Source: a virus. From it: a stretch of DNA of 64,000 bases. A program made the translations under genes and the position numbers. The notes below the pieces were generated by a model, which saw nothing but the letters and a program-made list of their open reading frames with translations, ran no database searches and was not told the origin of the DNA. Positions 17,427 through 28,056 of the stretch are shown here, in pieces (within the stretch, counting starts at the first letter, position 1; the number at the start of each line of letters is the position of its first letter). The stretch lies in the IMG/VR virus record IMGVR_UViG_3300042370_000007, positions 3,188-67,187 of that record. One strand, written 5' to 3'.

Positions 17427-20400
17427 TCAGCGATAAACGCTCGCCCGCTTGACCGCGGTCGCCGTCTGCCGCTGCTCACGGGCCGTCACCGCAAGCCCCT
17501 CGATGTTAGCCTCGGCCGCGCCCACTGCGATCCGGTTGCCCGCCTCAGCCGCGCCCTTCAGCTCAGCCACCTCCTTCCTCAGCGCCTTAAGCTCGGCGAT
17601 GAGTTCGGCTGTCGCCTCGCGATCATTGGCGGCGGTTCGCGGCATCGCCGGCAGATCGAAGCGACCGCCCCCGGCAATGACACTTCGAACGTCGGACGTG
17701 GCCCAAGAAGGCATGCCGGCGTAATCCAGGCCGCCGGCGTTGGGAGCAAGCAGGGCGCGGGTCTCCGCCGCCGACCAGTAGCGCGCCGGCCCGGTAACCT
17801 CGAGCTCCGGTCCGCGCTCGCCGACGAGGCGGAGGCCGCCCCAATGGTAGCCACCCGTCTCGAAGGACGGGGTACCACCGAGTTGCAGCACCTTTACGCG
17901 GATAACATCGGCCACCCCGCCGACGACGTGATTGTAATAGCGCTCGCCGATCTGGTTCAGGATCTTCCAATCGGTGATCGCATTCAGGATCGCGTCCCGG
18001 GCGCCGCCGAATGCAGCCTCCGCATTTTCGCTGGCGAGCTTTGCCCCGACATTCGGCGTCTCCGTTGCCATGTAGGCAGAATACTGACCGGCCAACGTAT
18101 TGAACTGCCCGAGGAGGCCTGTGTTCATTCCTGCCTCGGCGGTGGTTTTACCCGTCTCCGCGGCGTCCTTCGCGGCCTGGGCTGCTACAAGCTTCGCCAT
18201 TGCTTCGTCAATCGAGGTGGCTTTGCCCGAGATTTCGCGCAACTTGTCCAGCTGGTTCTGCGCGATACGGGCCTGTTGCTGGGCCGCCGTCTCGGTGCTC
18301 GCGAGCGTTCCGGTCACCTCGTCGAATATTCGGGCGTACTCGACGTTCGGCCCGAAGTATGCCTTTGCCGCTTGAAGATACTGCTGACCGAGCTGGCCGA
18401 GTTTCTGAGCCTCCTCAGGGTCGGTGAGGGCATTGGCCTTGGATGTCTCGTAGAGCCCGCGCGCAACCTCCATCCGCTGGGCGAGGTCGCGCGGCGACAG
18501 GTCGCCGACCATGATCTGATCGCGCGCCGATTTCAGGCTATCCGCCGCCTGGGTCCAGCCCGACACCATTTTGTTGATGATCTCCGAGACGCCGTTCTGC
18601 GCGTCGGCCAAGTTTTCCTTGGCCTTGTCCAGGGCCTTCTCTGCGGCAGCGAACGGCGACTGGGCACGGGCGACGGCGACGGACGTCAGGGACGCGTTGA
18701 ACGCCCCCGCTGCCTGGGCTGCCTGCTGTGCGGCCTGCACCGCCTGCTGATAGGCCAGCGCCTCATCCTCAAGCTGCTGAGTGTGCAGCAGCATCTTGAT
18801 CGAGTCCTTGTCGCGCCCTTGGTGCTCGGCGTCCCATAGCTCCTGTCGGTGCCGGGCTTGCATGCTCGACCGCTGCGCGTCCGCCTCGCTGGCGCGGCCG
18901 AGCGTGACCAGGGCGGCGTTCTGGCGATCGGTCATGGATTCGGTGGCGCGGCGGGCCTGCTCAAGCTGCTGCTCGGCCAGGGCCGCGCGCTCGGTTGCCT
19001 GGGCAGTCTCCATACGGGCGATTTCAGCCGGGCTCTTGCCGGCCGCCTTCGCGTCGTACAGTTCCTGGCGCTGCTGCTCGGCCTGGGCGTCGATTGCAAG
19101 CTGGTCGGCCGTGTAGCCGCTCTTTGCGCCATACGCGATGATGGCGGCATTGCCCTGCCGCTGGTTGAGCGCGGCATTCGACCGACGATCGATCTCGTCC
19201 CAGCGAGCGTTGATCGCGGCTGATGTCGCCGCCATGCCGCGCTCGACCACCGTCGCCGCCTGCTCGGCCGTGAGGCCGGTCGCGATCAGGGCATCTTTGT
19301 ACTGCGCGATCTGGGCTTTGGCCTGGGCCAGGTCGGCATTGCGACCGGTCAGCATGTCGCTCGGCGCGTTGGGATCGATCGCATTGCCGGCCGGGTCCAG
19401 GTTCATCAGCGCGTAGATGTTCTGGCGCTGCGCGGTGGCGGCCTGATTGATCTCGGTGGAGCCCTCGCCATAGAGGCTGCGGGCGGCGTCGAGATAGTCT
19501 TTTACCTGCTGGGCCAGGGCGCGACCGGCGTCGCGCGCCGCAATATCCCATTCGAGGGTCTGGCGCTTCAGGGTGTTGAGGCCCGCCGCGGCGCGATCGG
19601 CAGCATCCTTGAAGCCGCCAGCGAGATCCAGGAACTTCTGGACGTCCTCGGCGCCGGTGACCTTGGCGTCACCGTTGGCCATCCGGTCCAGCGCCTTCTG
19701 GACATAGGCATCGTCGCTCTTGAACAACGATCCGGTGGCGCCACCGGTCGTCTGCGTGCTGCGCCATTTCTCGTAATCGCTGTTCCAGGCCTCCTGGGTG
19801 ACTTGGTTGCCCGCGGCATCGCGGAGGTCGCTGGTCCAGCCTGTGTCGCGGTCATAGGTAGAGTTGCGGGTATAGCCGGAGGCCCGCATCCAGTCGGCCT
19901 CGGTCGTCGTGCCTGCACCTGCCGCCTTGCCCTTCGGCGTAGTGAACCAGCGCATGAAGAGATCGGCAGCGTCCTTGGCGCCGCCGTACATGGTGCCGAT
20001 GGTCAGCAGGCCATTGGTTGCGCCGTTGGCGTTGATCGCATCCCGCCCGGTCGAAAAGTTCAGCCGGTAACGATCCATCGTCGCGTTCATGGTCTGGGCG
20101 AACTGGGCCATCTGCTGGCGATCGGCGGAATTGTCGTAACCGTCCAGGCCTGCCTGATGCACGCCGCTTGCCGAGAACCGATTGTTGCTGCCGATCTCGC
20201 CGCCGGCATAGCCGCGGGGCGTCTGCTTGTCCTTGCCGAACAGGCCGCCGATGACGCCGCCCGCGCCGCCTCCGAGAATGCCGCCGAGCAACGTGCCGAC
20301 ACCGGGGAACAAGAACGTTCCGGCAAGCGCGCCGCCGAGTGATCCGACGCCGGAGCCGATCATGCCGCCGACCTGCGAGCCGCCGAGCAGCCCGTTCAGC

Positions 20401-23400
20401 AGGCTCCCGACGCCAAAGCCGGCACCGACGCCCCCCAGGAGGCCGGAGAGCGTGGTGGATCCGAACACGCCGCCGACATTGGTCGCCGTGCCCATCATCG
20501 TCCCGGAGACGCCTCCAGGAATGCCGGCGACGCCGAGCGCCGCGCTGGCCGCCATCGGCGTGGCGTAGGTCGAAGCAAAACCAAGCGACGAGCCGATGCC
20601 GTTGATCCACGAGGAGACGCCGCTGAAGGTGTCCCCGACGAAGTTCTTGGCCATGCCGAGGATATCACTGATCGGAGACAGGACCGAGCCCAGGCCTCCG
20701 GCGGCGGCTGCGGTGGAACCACCACTGGAGATACCGAACAGTTGGGGAAGGGCTCCGACGAACTGCGTCATGATCGGCTGGATGATGGGCCGGAGCACCA
20801 TCTCCTTGGCCAACGTCTTGAGCGCGGCCCTGGTCCAGGTCACCAGACTTTCGGCGAAACCCTTGCCGCCCTTCTCCCCGGCCTGTTGGACCATGTTCGC
20901 GAGGTCGTCGAACAATTCGCGGCCCTTGGCCTGGATCTCCTGGACGCGCCTGGTTTCGGCCTGCGTCCTGATGATGGCCTCGGCCAGGCGCAGGCTGTTC
21001 TGGATTTCCTCCTCCGAGGCACCAACCAGCTGCTGGCGGATCTGCAATTCCGCCTGCTTCAGCGCCAGCGCCTGCTCCATCGCCGCGCGCCTCGTCGGGT
21101 CGACCTCGATCGCGATCTCGCGCTCGGCGAGCGCCACGCTCAGATCCTGCTGCTGCTGGCGCTGCATCGCCGCAGCCTGCCGGCTGGCCTGGAGGCGCGC
21201 ATTGCTGTCGATGAGCTTCTCGGTGGCCTTGATCTCCTGCTCCAGGGCGTCACGCACCTTGGGATCTGTGGCGGCATCCAGCTTGGCCCGGGCCTCCCGC
21301 GTCGCCAGTCGCTTGCGCTCGACGAGTTCGACCTCGGCAATGGCCTCGGCGCCGTGCTTCTCCGCGTCGACGAGCTTGGCCAGATAGGCGTTCTGTTCAG
21401 CCAGATCGGCATTGCGCTTCGCCAAGTCGGCCGCGGCAGCGGCCGCGTTGCTGTTGCGGATCTCGACGGCGAGGCGAGCCTCGTTCATGCCGGCCTTGCC
21501 GGCCGCCTGCGCGTGGGCCTGCATCCTGGCGGCGGCAACCTCGGCGGCACCCGCCCCCTGCGCCCAGGCGGCAACCAGGTCGAGATTGCCCTTGATCGCA
21601 TCGCGGGTGGCGAGCGATTGCTGATTGGCGGCATCGGCGGCCTGGCCCAGCAGCTTCGCCTCGATCTGGCTCTGGTATCCCGCCTGCTCGGCGCTGCTGA
21701 TCAGGCCCTTCCGGACCAGCGCCTCGGCCTCGATCGCAGCCTGGACCTTGTAGCGGGCCGCCGGCGCGGCCGCGAGCAGGCGCATTTCCTCGGCGAGGGA
21801 ACGATTGTAGTCGTCGAGATCCTTGCGACGCTGCGCGTCCGACAGCTTGCCGGCCTCTGCCCCGGCCTGTTCCGCGCCGGCAGTCAGCGCCACGGCGCGG
21901 CCGGGATCGGTGATCTGCAACGCGGCGAGCGCCGCCGGCGTGGTGATGCCGTTCTCCTTGAGATAGTCGAGCCGACCCTTCTCGGTTGCGGCGATCTTGC
22001 GCAGCGCATAGTCGGACAGGTTCAGCTGCTCGGCTTCCAGCCGGTACTGGCCTACGAGTTCGTCGAGGCTGCGGCCGATCAGCTGCATCGCGTCGAACTG
22101 GCGCTTGAAGGCATCCTGGCGGGCCTGCGCCGCCTCGGCCTGGATGCCCCGGAGGTCGGCCTCGCGCTGCATCTCCAGCGCGAAGATTTCCTCGTTCAGC
22201 TGCTTCAGCCGCTTGCGTTCTTCGACCTCCCCCCGGACGGTATCCGCATTCGAGAAGGTAGGCTGATACTTCGCGATATCCTCGGGGATGCCGGCGAGGT
22301 CGCCGCGCCGGTTGGCCTGGCGGGACAGCAGGTTGTCCCGCTCCTGCAGCAGCCTGCCCAGCCGGTCTGTATCTGCCGTCGGGGTGATCGCCTCCATGCC
22401 CTTGGCAAGGTTGTTGTAGACCCGCGCCAGCGCCTCCGAGGCCCCGAAGATCTTGTTCAGCCGGGCGAGCAGCACGTCCCAGGCGTTGCCCATGCGGGCC
22501 TGGGCGCGTTCGACGCTGTCGCCCAACTGGCCGAACATCTTGTCGGCCTGCGCCGACTGCGAGACGATCGCCTGAAACACCCGCTGCGAGGTCAGTTCGC
22601 CCGCCGCGCCCATGTCGCGGAGCCGGCCCACCGAGGTGTTGAGACCATCGGCCAGGGCGCGGGCGAGCAGCGGCATGTTCTCGAGGATCGACCGCAACTC
22701 GTCGCCCTGCAGCACGCCCGAGGCCAGGGCCTGGCCGAGCTGCTGGGCACCGGAGGCCGCCTCCTGGGCCGAGGAGCCGCCCGCGACTGCGAACTTCTGG
22801 ATGGTATCGGTGAGCTTGAGAACTTCGGAGCGCGTCGCGCCGAGGTCCTTGGCCGCGAGCGTCATGCGACCGAAGAGATCGATGCCGGCCTCGATCGGCA
22901 GGCCGATCTGCCGCGCCGACGCGTAGATCGCGTCGAACGCGACTGCCGCGCCCTGGGCCGACCCGGTGGCGATCCGCAGCTTGCCGTCCAACGCGTTGAT
23001 CTTTTCGCCGGCCGAGACCATCAGCCCGGCGGCCGCGCCGGCGGCGGCCAGGGTCGCACCGAGGGCAATGCCCAGCGGGCCCAGGCCCGACAGTGCGGTA
23101 CCGAGCGCGCCGAGCCGGCCGGTAAGCGATGCGGCGGCCCCCTCCATGCCGGCGATGGTGGTGCTGGCCTTGCGCATCGTCTCGGCATTGTCGTTCGCCG
23201 CGCCGCTGAGGGCGTCGGTCCGCATCCGCAGACGCTCGACCGCCGCGGCCGCGGCGTCGGCCTGGGCGCTGCCGAGCTTGCGGGCCTGGGCTGCCAATTG
23301 CTCGGCCCGCTCGACATCGCGCAACGAGCGCTCGTAGGGCGTCATGGTCTTGGTAATCAGACGGGTGATCGCGCCGTCGACCCCCTCGATCGTGCGCAGC

Positions 23401-23588
23401 TTGGTCCGGTCGGCAGCGCTGCTGCCTTCCATCGTGGCGGTCAGGTCCTTGACCCGCTGCACGAGCTTCTCGGCGGCGCCCGCCGTGTTGCCCATCGCCG
23501 CTTCGGTCTGCTTCAGCACGGCGGCGCCCGAGCGGGCGTCGACCTCGAGGACAACCGTGTAGATGTCGGTGACAGCGGATGTGGCCAT
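17427..23588 (-). CDS. Tape measure protein (2053 aa)
   Basis: QLGQALASGVLQGDELRSILEN tape-measure motif, long Ala-rich helices, C-terminal GGLRLVGERGPEL. Confidence 0.95.
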   Translation of the reverse strand: MATSAVTDIYTVVLEVDARSGAAVLKQTEAAMGNTAGAAEKLVQRVKDLTATMEGSSAADRTKLRTIEGVDGAITRLITKTMTPYERSLRDVERAEQLAAQARKLGSAQADAAAAAVERLRMRTDALSGAANDNAETMRKASTTIAGMEGAAASLTGRLGALGTALSGLGPLGIALGATLAAAGAAAGLMVSAGEKINALDGKLRIATGSAQGAAVAFDAIYASARQIGLPIEAGIDLFGRMTLAAKDLGATRSEVLKLTDTIQKFAVAGGSSAQEAASGAQQLGQALASGVLQGDELRSILENMPLLARALADGLNTSVGRLRDMGAAGELTSQRVFQAIVSQSAQADKMFGQLGDSVERAQARMGNAWDVLLARLNKIFGASEALARVYNNLAKGMEAITPTADTDRLGRLLQERDNLLSRQANRRGDLAGIPEDIAKYQPTFSNADTVRGEVEERKRLKQLNEEIFALEMQREADLRGIQAEAAQARQDAFKRQFDAMQLIGRSLDELVGQYRLEAEQLNLSDYALRKIAATEKGRLDYLKENGITTPAALAALQITDPGRAVALTAGAEQAGAEAGKLSDAQRRKDLDDYNRSLAEEMRLLAAAPAARYKVQAAIEAEALVRKGLISSAEQAGYQSQIEAKLLGQAADAANQQSLATRDAIKGNLDLVAAWAQGAGAAEVAAARMQAHAQAAGKAGMNEARLAVEIRNSNAAAAAADLAKRNADLAEQNAYLAKLVDAEKHGAEAIAEVELVERKRLATREARAKLDAATDPKVRDALEQEIKATEKLIDSNARLQASRQAAAMQRQQQQDLSVALAEREIAIEVDPTRRAAMEQALALKQAELQIRQQLVGASEEEIQNSLRLAEAIIRTQAETRRVQEIQAKGRELFDDLANMVQQAGEKGGKGFAESLVTWTRAALKTLAKEMVLRPIIQPIMTQFVGALPQLFGISSGGSTAAAAGGLGSVLSPISDILGMAKNFVGDTFSGVSSWINGIGSSLGFASTYATPMAASAALGVAGIPGGVSGTMMGTATNVGGVFGSTTLSGLLGGVGAGFGVGSLLNGLLGGSQVGGMIGSGVGSLGGALAGTFLFPGVGTLLGGILGGGAGGVIGGLFGKDKQTPRGYAGGEIGSNNRFSASGVHQAGLDGYDNSADRQQMAQFAQTMNATMDRYRLNFSTGRDAINANGATNGLLTIGTMYGGAKDAADLFMRWFTTPKGKAAGAGTTTEADWMRASGYTRNSTYDRDTGWTSDLRDAAGNQVTQEAWNSDYEKWRSTQTTGGATGSLFKSDDAYVQKALDRMANGDAKVTGAEDVQKFLDLAGGFKDAADRAAAGLNTLKRQTLEWDIAARDAGRALAQQVKDYLDAARSLYGEGSTEINQAATAQRQNIYALMNLDPAGNAIDPNAPSDMLTGRNADLAQAKAQIAQYKDALIATGLTAEQAATVVERGMAATSAAINARWDEIDRRSNAALNQRQGNAAIIAYGAKSGYTADQLAIDAQAEQQRQELYDAKAAGKSPAEIARMETAQATERAALAEQQLEQARRATESMTDRQNAALVTLGRASEADAQRSSMQARHRQELWDAEHQGRDKDSIKMLLHTQQLEDEALAYQQAVQAAQQAAQAAGAFNASLTSVAVARAQSPFAAAEKALDKAKENLADAQNGVSEIINKMVSGWTQAADSLKSARDQIMVGDLSPRDLAQRMEVARGLYETSKANALTDPEEAQKLGQLGQQYLQAAKAYFGPNVEYARIFDEVTGTLASTETAAQQQARIAQNQLDKLREISGKATSIDEAMAKLVAAQAAKDAAETGKTTAEAGMNTGLLGQFNTLAGQYSAYMATETPNVGAKLASENAEAAFGGARDAILNAITDWKILNQIGERYYNHVVGGVADVIRVKVLQLGGTPSFETGGYHWGGLRLVGERGPELEVTGPARYWSAAETRALLAPNAGGLDYAGMPSWATSDVRSVIAGGGRFDLPAMPRTAANDREATAELIAELKALRKEVAELKGAAEAGNRIAVGAAEANIEGLAVTAREQRQTATAVKRASVYR

Positions 23589-23629
23589 CGGTGCCTCCGG
23601 TCGGTTGTCAGGGGAGCGACGCCGGCCGA

Positions 23630-24009
23630 TCAGTCATCGGCCGGCGCCTGGGTGCAGGTGAGGTAGACGAGGTCCAACGCCTTGATCACGCCGATCTCCC
23701 AGGGCGCCGGGCGGCGTCCTGTGAGGCGGGACCAGGCGAGGATATCGGGGTAGGAAATCGGCGCGGGGCCGAGACCGCCGGCCCCGCGCGCATCACTCAA
23801 CTCGTTGAACCAGCCCCAGAGATAGAGGCCGGCAGGCGGCACGGCGGGACCGAGCAGCCTGGCCTCGAGTTCCTCGCGGCGGGCCTCGGTCTTGGCCCGA
23901 GCGAGCAACCCTTCGAGGTGCTGCCGCTCGGTGTGGCCATCCTTGTTTCTGCGCCCCAGCGCGAAGCGGTGCTCGGCCGCTACGATCAGTTCGTCGCGGA
24001 GCGCGCGGT
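23630..24009 (-). CDS. Tail assembly chaperone C-terminal part (gpT-like, -1 frameshift product)
   Basis: Open -1 frame starts just after a TGA near GGCTTTT (24010-24016) with no ATG; WGWFNELSDAR...PISYPDILAW motif. Confidence 0.7.
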
Positions 24010-24426
24010 AAAAGCCTCGTCACCGGCGAAATAGGTCGCCAGTTGGTTGAAGATCTTCGGCTTGCGGGGATCGGCGAGGATGGCGATGCAGTTCTCGGTC
24101 GAGAACGGATAGTCCGCGCCGTTGATGCGGCAGGGCGACCAGGCCACGACGCGCTCGGCGAAATAGGCGCAGTTGCGGCGGCGCTCTTCCTCCGGCTCGC
24201 GGCGCGGCTCGTGCCACTTCTTGCCGTTGACGCGCGCCTGCTCCTTCTGGCGCTCCTGGTCGAGCCGCTCGCGCGCGATGCGGTTCGACTGCTCGATCGT
24301 CTTCGGGTGGCCCGGGCCGGCGAGCGTCCAGACCCAGGTGGTCGGTTCGCCCGTCACGGGGTGGACCATGGTCAGTTCGGCGGTATCGGCGGTGTCGAAG
24401 ACATCGATATCGAAGGCGTTGGTCAT
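23986..24426 (-). CDS. Tail assembly chaperone (gpG-like)
   Basis: Between major tail and tape measure genes; GGAGG-like RBS; starts MTNAFD. Confidence 0.75.
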   Translation of the reverse strand: MTNAFDIDVFDTADTAELTMVHPVTGEPTTWVWTLAGPGHPKTIEQSNRIARERLDQERQKEQARVNGKKWHEPRREPEEERRRNCAYFAERVVAWSPCRINGADYPFSTENCIAILADPRKPKIFNQLATYFAGDEAFTARSATN

Positions 24427-24484
24427 GTCGTTCCTCGGGGGGTTGGCAGGGATCTTGATCGGAAGGCCTGGGCGACCGGGTTGG

Positions 24485-24727
24485 TCAGGTCGCCGAAGGG
24501 TCGGCCTCGGCAAGTTCGGCGACGCGGGCGGTCGCGCTCACGGCGATCCCGGCAATGCCGGCGATGCTGTGGGGCCATTCGACGGCGTAGCCTGCCGCGA
24601 TGCCGGCCGCGATCGCCGCGGCAAGCGCCCCGGCGGCATCACGGATGGCGGCGGGGTGGTCGACCGGGGCCGGCGACGCGGCCTCGGCCGCTGGACCGGT
24701 GTCGGTGGTCGTGTAGTTCTTGGGCAT
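24485..24727 (-). CDS. Small Ala-rich hypothetical protein
   Basis: GAGGTG RBS, MPKNYTT start; lies between the tube and chaperone genes. Confidence 0.5.
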   Translation of the reverse strand: MPKNYTTTDTGPAAEAASPAPVDHPAAIRDAAGALAAAIAAGIAAGYAVEWPHSIAGIAGIAVSATARVAELAEADPSAT

Positions 24728-24822
24728 GGTCACCTCGTCCGGGGCGGGGGAAGGTGGCCGGCGGCGCCCCCGATTACGCCGCCGGCCCGCCACGCGGCCC
24801 GCCAGGGCCGCAGGCACCGGGA

Positions 24823-26055
24823 TCAGGTCGCGTTGGAGACCTGGATCTTGAGCATCGTCGGGTCGTAGGCGCCGCCGCGAGTGTCGATGCCGACGAGGTC
24901 CTCGGGGATGGCCAGCTGCTGGGTGCGCGGGCCGCCCTGGCGGCTCAGCGCCGACTTGTCGACGCCACCGAAGGTGAAGTTCGGCAGGTAGAGCGAGACG
25001 AAACCGGTACCGGGCTCGTCGGTGCACAGCACATGCATCGACAGCTGGTCCTCGTTGAGGAACTGGGAGACCCGCGACATGTCGGAGCGCAGCGCGGTGA
25101 CATTGCCGCCGATCGACATCTGGCCGTCGAAGACGTCGGGCGAATACTTCGCCGCGGCGACGACCGGAGCATTGAGGCCGAGATTGACGGTGAGCTCGAA
25201 GGTGGTCATGTCGACCAGGTCGACCGTGCCCAGGCGCACGGTGGCGTCGGCGACGGCAAGCGGGGTACCGGTCGGATCGGTCGGGCTGGTGAAATGCGGC
25301 GCGCTGACGCCGGTCTTGCTCTCGAACTGGCCGGTGCCGGTCCAGCTCGGGTCGAACAGCACCTCGCCATCCGGCTGCATCGAGAACTTCATCATGCCGA
25401 ACACGGCATCGGTGAAGATTTCCGAGCCGTCGATATCGATCTCGTGTTCCTCGATCGTGAAGTAGCGGCGGATGATCGAACCCGGGGCGGGGTTGATCAG
25501 CACCCGGCCGGGCCGGGTGAAGCTCCAGGTCGCCACCGGGCCCGAGACCGTGGTCAGGGTTTCGGCGAAGGTGATCGTGGTCGCCGTCATCCCGGTGACG
25601 CGCAGGTTCTTCCCCTGGTCGGCAACATTCAGACCGACGCTGTTGCGCAGCACGTCGCCGACGCGGTAGCCGGCGGTGATGATCGAGCCGGCCGAGAAGG
25701 TGACGGTGCTGCCGCTGGCCGAAAGCGTCGCCGACGACATCGCGCTGGTCGAGTTGGTCACCGCCAGGTCGGCTGCGCTCCAGGTGCCGCGCATCACCGC
25801 CTGCATCACCTCGTCGAAGGCGCCGAGCATCAGCTCGCTCGAATAGGCGCCGGCCGTCTTCTGCGAGCCGTGCCGGCCGCGGGTACGCATGCCGTCGCGT
25901 CGGACCAGGTTGGAGGCGGTGACCGCCTTCGTCACCTTGCCCGGCGTGCCGCCGACCACCGGCAGGATCTTGGCGCCGCTGCCCGAGGCCTGGGAGCCCA
26001 GGGCCGACTGCGCCTTCGCGGCGATATAGCTGTTGCTCTGCGTCTGGTAACCCAT
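24823..26055 (-). CDS. Major tail tube protein
   Basis: SNLVRRDGMRTRGRHG, FTIEEHEIDID and LYLPNFTFGG motifs; position after the tail terminator. Confidence 0.85.
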   Translation of the reverse strand: MGYQTQSNSYIAAKAQSALGSQASGSGAKILPVVGGTPGKVTKAVTASNLVRRDGMRTRGRHGSQKTAGAYSSELMLGAFDEVMQAVMRGTWSAADLAVTNSTSAMSSATLSASGSTVTFSAGSIITAGYRVGDVLRNSVGLNVADQGKNLRVTGMTATTITFAETLTTVSGPVATWSFTRPGRVLINPAPGSIIRRYFTIEEHEIDIDGSEIFTDAVFGMMKFSMQPDGEVLFDPSWTGTGQFESKTGVSAPHFTSPTDPTGTPLAVADATVRLGTVDLVDMTTFELTVNLGLNAPVVAAAKYSPDVFDGQMSIGGNVTALRSDMSRVSQFLNEDQLSMHVLCTDEPGTGFVSLYLPNFTFGGVDKSALSRQGGPRTQQLAIPEDLVGIDTRGGAYDPTMLKIQVSNAT

Positions 26056-26138
26056 GACGACGTTCTCCACGGTCTGGTTGGGGATCGGGCCCGGTCACGG
26101 GCGCGGGTGCCGGCGTCAGGCCGGCGGGACATCCACCG

Positions 26139-26594
26139 TCAGCGGTGGAAATAGGTGAAGGTCGCCTGGACCAGGACGACGTCGAAGCTGTCGGCCGCCG
26201 GACCGGCGATGCGCAGAAGGTCGCGCCCGGTGACGATGGCCGAGTTGCCGAACTGCACGTAGCGGCCCGCCTCGCCCGCCTCGACCGCGGCGTTGTCGAT
26301 CATCGCGTCCAGGTGGTCGGCGTAGGGCATGCCGGCATCGGCCCCCATCGACCGCGGCGTCAGCACGTAGGCGCGCAACAGGCCCACCTTGCGGCGCAGG
26401 CGCTGACCGCGCCGGCCGGGCGAGGTGACCCCGGAGCCGAACGGCATTTCCGCCAGCACCCAGGGCGCCGGCTGGCGGCTGGGCCCGAGCGTCGGAAAAC
26501 CGGCCTGCGGACGTTCCCACAGGACCGGCAGTTCGGTATAACTCGGCGCCGCCAGCCATGCCTGCACCGCCGCGATCGCCGCTGCCGCGCTCAC
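26139..26594 (-). CDS. Tail terminator protein
   Basis: GTG start overlapping the previous stop; PWVLAEM...G.LRAYVLTP..MG pattern. Confidence 0.6.
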   Translation of the reverse strand: MSAAAAIAAVQAWLAAPSYTELPVLWERPQAGFPTLGPSRQPAPWVLAEMPFGSGVTSPGRRGQRLRRKVGLLRAYVLTPRSMGADAGMPYADHLDAMIDNAAVEAGEAGRYVQFGNSAIVTGRDLLRIAGPAADSFDVVLVQATFTYFHR

Positions 26595-27196
26595 AGGAAT
26601 GCCCGCCCGCGGAACAGGATGACCGGGTACCGGCCACGCGGCTCGTCGCGCTCGTCGTCGGCCAGCCCCTCGATCGGCCGGTAGCCGAATTCGACCAGCA
26701 CCGAGCGGCGCCAACGCGGTTGCAGCAGCGCCGCGACGACTTCCATCACGCCGGCCGGCGCCTGCAGCGACCAACCCTTCTCCAGACGCCGGCTGTAGCC
26801 GAAGCGCCGGTTGACCAGGATGATCTCCGACCCTGGCTTCGCTGCGTCGAGCGTGGCCTCGGCGCCGTCGACGAGGAACAGGAACGACTTGGCGAAGACG
26901 CGGTTGTCGGCGTCGGACGAGCGGTCGACCGGCGACAGGCCTTCGGCGACCAGCATGGCTTCCTCGGCCGCGCGCGGTGCAGCGTCGAAGCGGTAGACGA
27001 TGTTGCCGAAGGCCTTGACCGAGGCCTCGGCGGCGCCGCGGCGGCCGTCGACGATCACCTCGGTCGGCATCCGGCCCTGCCGCGCTTCTACCCCTGCCCT
27101 GGCCCGCTGGGCGATCTGGGCATGCTGCTGGCGCAGCCGCTCGCGGACATGCTCCGAGATCCCGGCCGCGGCGCGGGCGGAGAACGCCGTCGTCAT
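26591..27196 (-). CDS. Neck/tail-completion protein (HK97 gp10-like position)
   Basis: SPVD...YSRRLEKGWSLQAPAGV motif. Confidence 0.65.
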   Translation of the reverse strand: MTTAFSARAAAGISEHVRERLRQQHAQIAQRARAGVEARQGRMPTEVIVDGRRGAAEASVKAFGNIVYRFDAAPRAAEEAMLVAEGLSPVDRSSDADNRVFAKSFLFLVDGAEATLDAAKPGSEIILVNRRFGYSRRLEKGWSLQAPAGVMEVVAALLQPRWRRSVLVEFGYRPIEGLADDERDEPRGRYPVILFRGRAFL

Positions 27197-28038
27197 CGCA
27201 GCTGCAGGTCCCAAGCGACATGCTCGGCGCCGGTGCCGATCGCTGTCGCGCTCACTACGGTCAACCAGGTGCCGAGATGCTGGACCTGGACTTTGGTAGA
27301 CGGCGCCTCGAAATAGCCGGCCGCCTCGAGCGCGGCGCGCAGCACGATCAGGCGGCGGTCGCCGGCCTGTACCCCGCCGACGATCTCGTGCGCCGCATAC
27401 TCGACCTCGGCGCCGATCACCTGGAAGTCGCGGGCGAAGCGGGGTTCGACGACCACGCCATCGGCGATCGGGGCCGGAGCACCCGACGCAAGCGGGACGG
27501 CGGCAAAGCCATTGCCGGCGGCCGATACCGATGCCGCCACCACGAGGTCGGTACCGCCAATGCGCAGCACGTCGCCCGCACGCAGCTGGCCCGACGCGAA
27601 GCCGGCGCGCAAGGCGATCGACGTCGCAGCGCCGGCCACGGTTCCGTCGACGACCAAGCCGTCGACGATCGGCGGATTGGCCGTCGCCCCCTGCCCGTCC
27701 GTCGCGCGCAGCACGATCGGCTTGCCCCATTCGGCACGCACCTGCCACTTGAGCTCGAGCGGATCATCGGCCGATGGCTCGACGACATCGATCGTCCAGG
27801 TCCTGGACCCGATGGTGAGCGTGCCGCCAGGCGCAGGCGCAGCGCCAAACTCGGCGCGCCGCAGGTGCCAGGCCGATTGACCCAGCATCAGCTTCACCCC
27901 GCCGATATCGACCTGGCGGGCGAGACCTTGCGGGATGGCGCGGCAGGGCACCGGGGCGCCGGCGGGGGGCTGATAGGTGGCGGCCTGTCCGAAGGTGCCG
28001 AACACCGTGCCTAGCATGGATCCGGGATCGAAGGTCAA
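27193..28038 (-). CDS. Head-tail joining/head-closure protein, extended two-domain form
   Basis: N-half resembles lambda gpFII-like adapters; C-half has GDRRLIV and an inserted beta domain. Confidence 0.65.
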   Translation of the reverse strand: MTFDPGSMLGTVFGTFGQAATYQPPAGAPVPCRAIPQGLARQVDIGGVKLMLGQSAWHLRRAEFGAAPAPGGTLTIGSRTWTIDVVEPSADDPLELKWQVRAEWGKPIVLRATDGQGATANPPIVDGLVVDGTVAGAATSIALRAGFASGQLRAGDVLRIGGTDLVVAASVSAAGNGFAAVPLASGAPAPIADGVVVEPRFARDFQVIGAEVEYAAHEIVGGVQAGDRRLIVLRAALEAAGYFEAPSTKVQVQHLGTWLTVVSATAIGTGAEHVAWDLQLR

Positions 28039-28056
28039 GGCGCGCCACCCGATCGG

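Noticed and set aside
20742-23666. 974-aa plus-strand ORF opposite the tape measure (also 24043-26154, 32918-35017 and many similar)
   Set aside because: Antisense shadow ORFs typical of high-GC coding DNA, with no recognisable motifs; the real genes are on the opposite strand.
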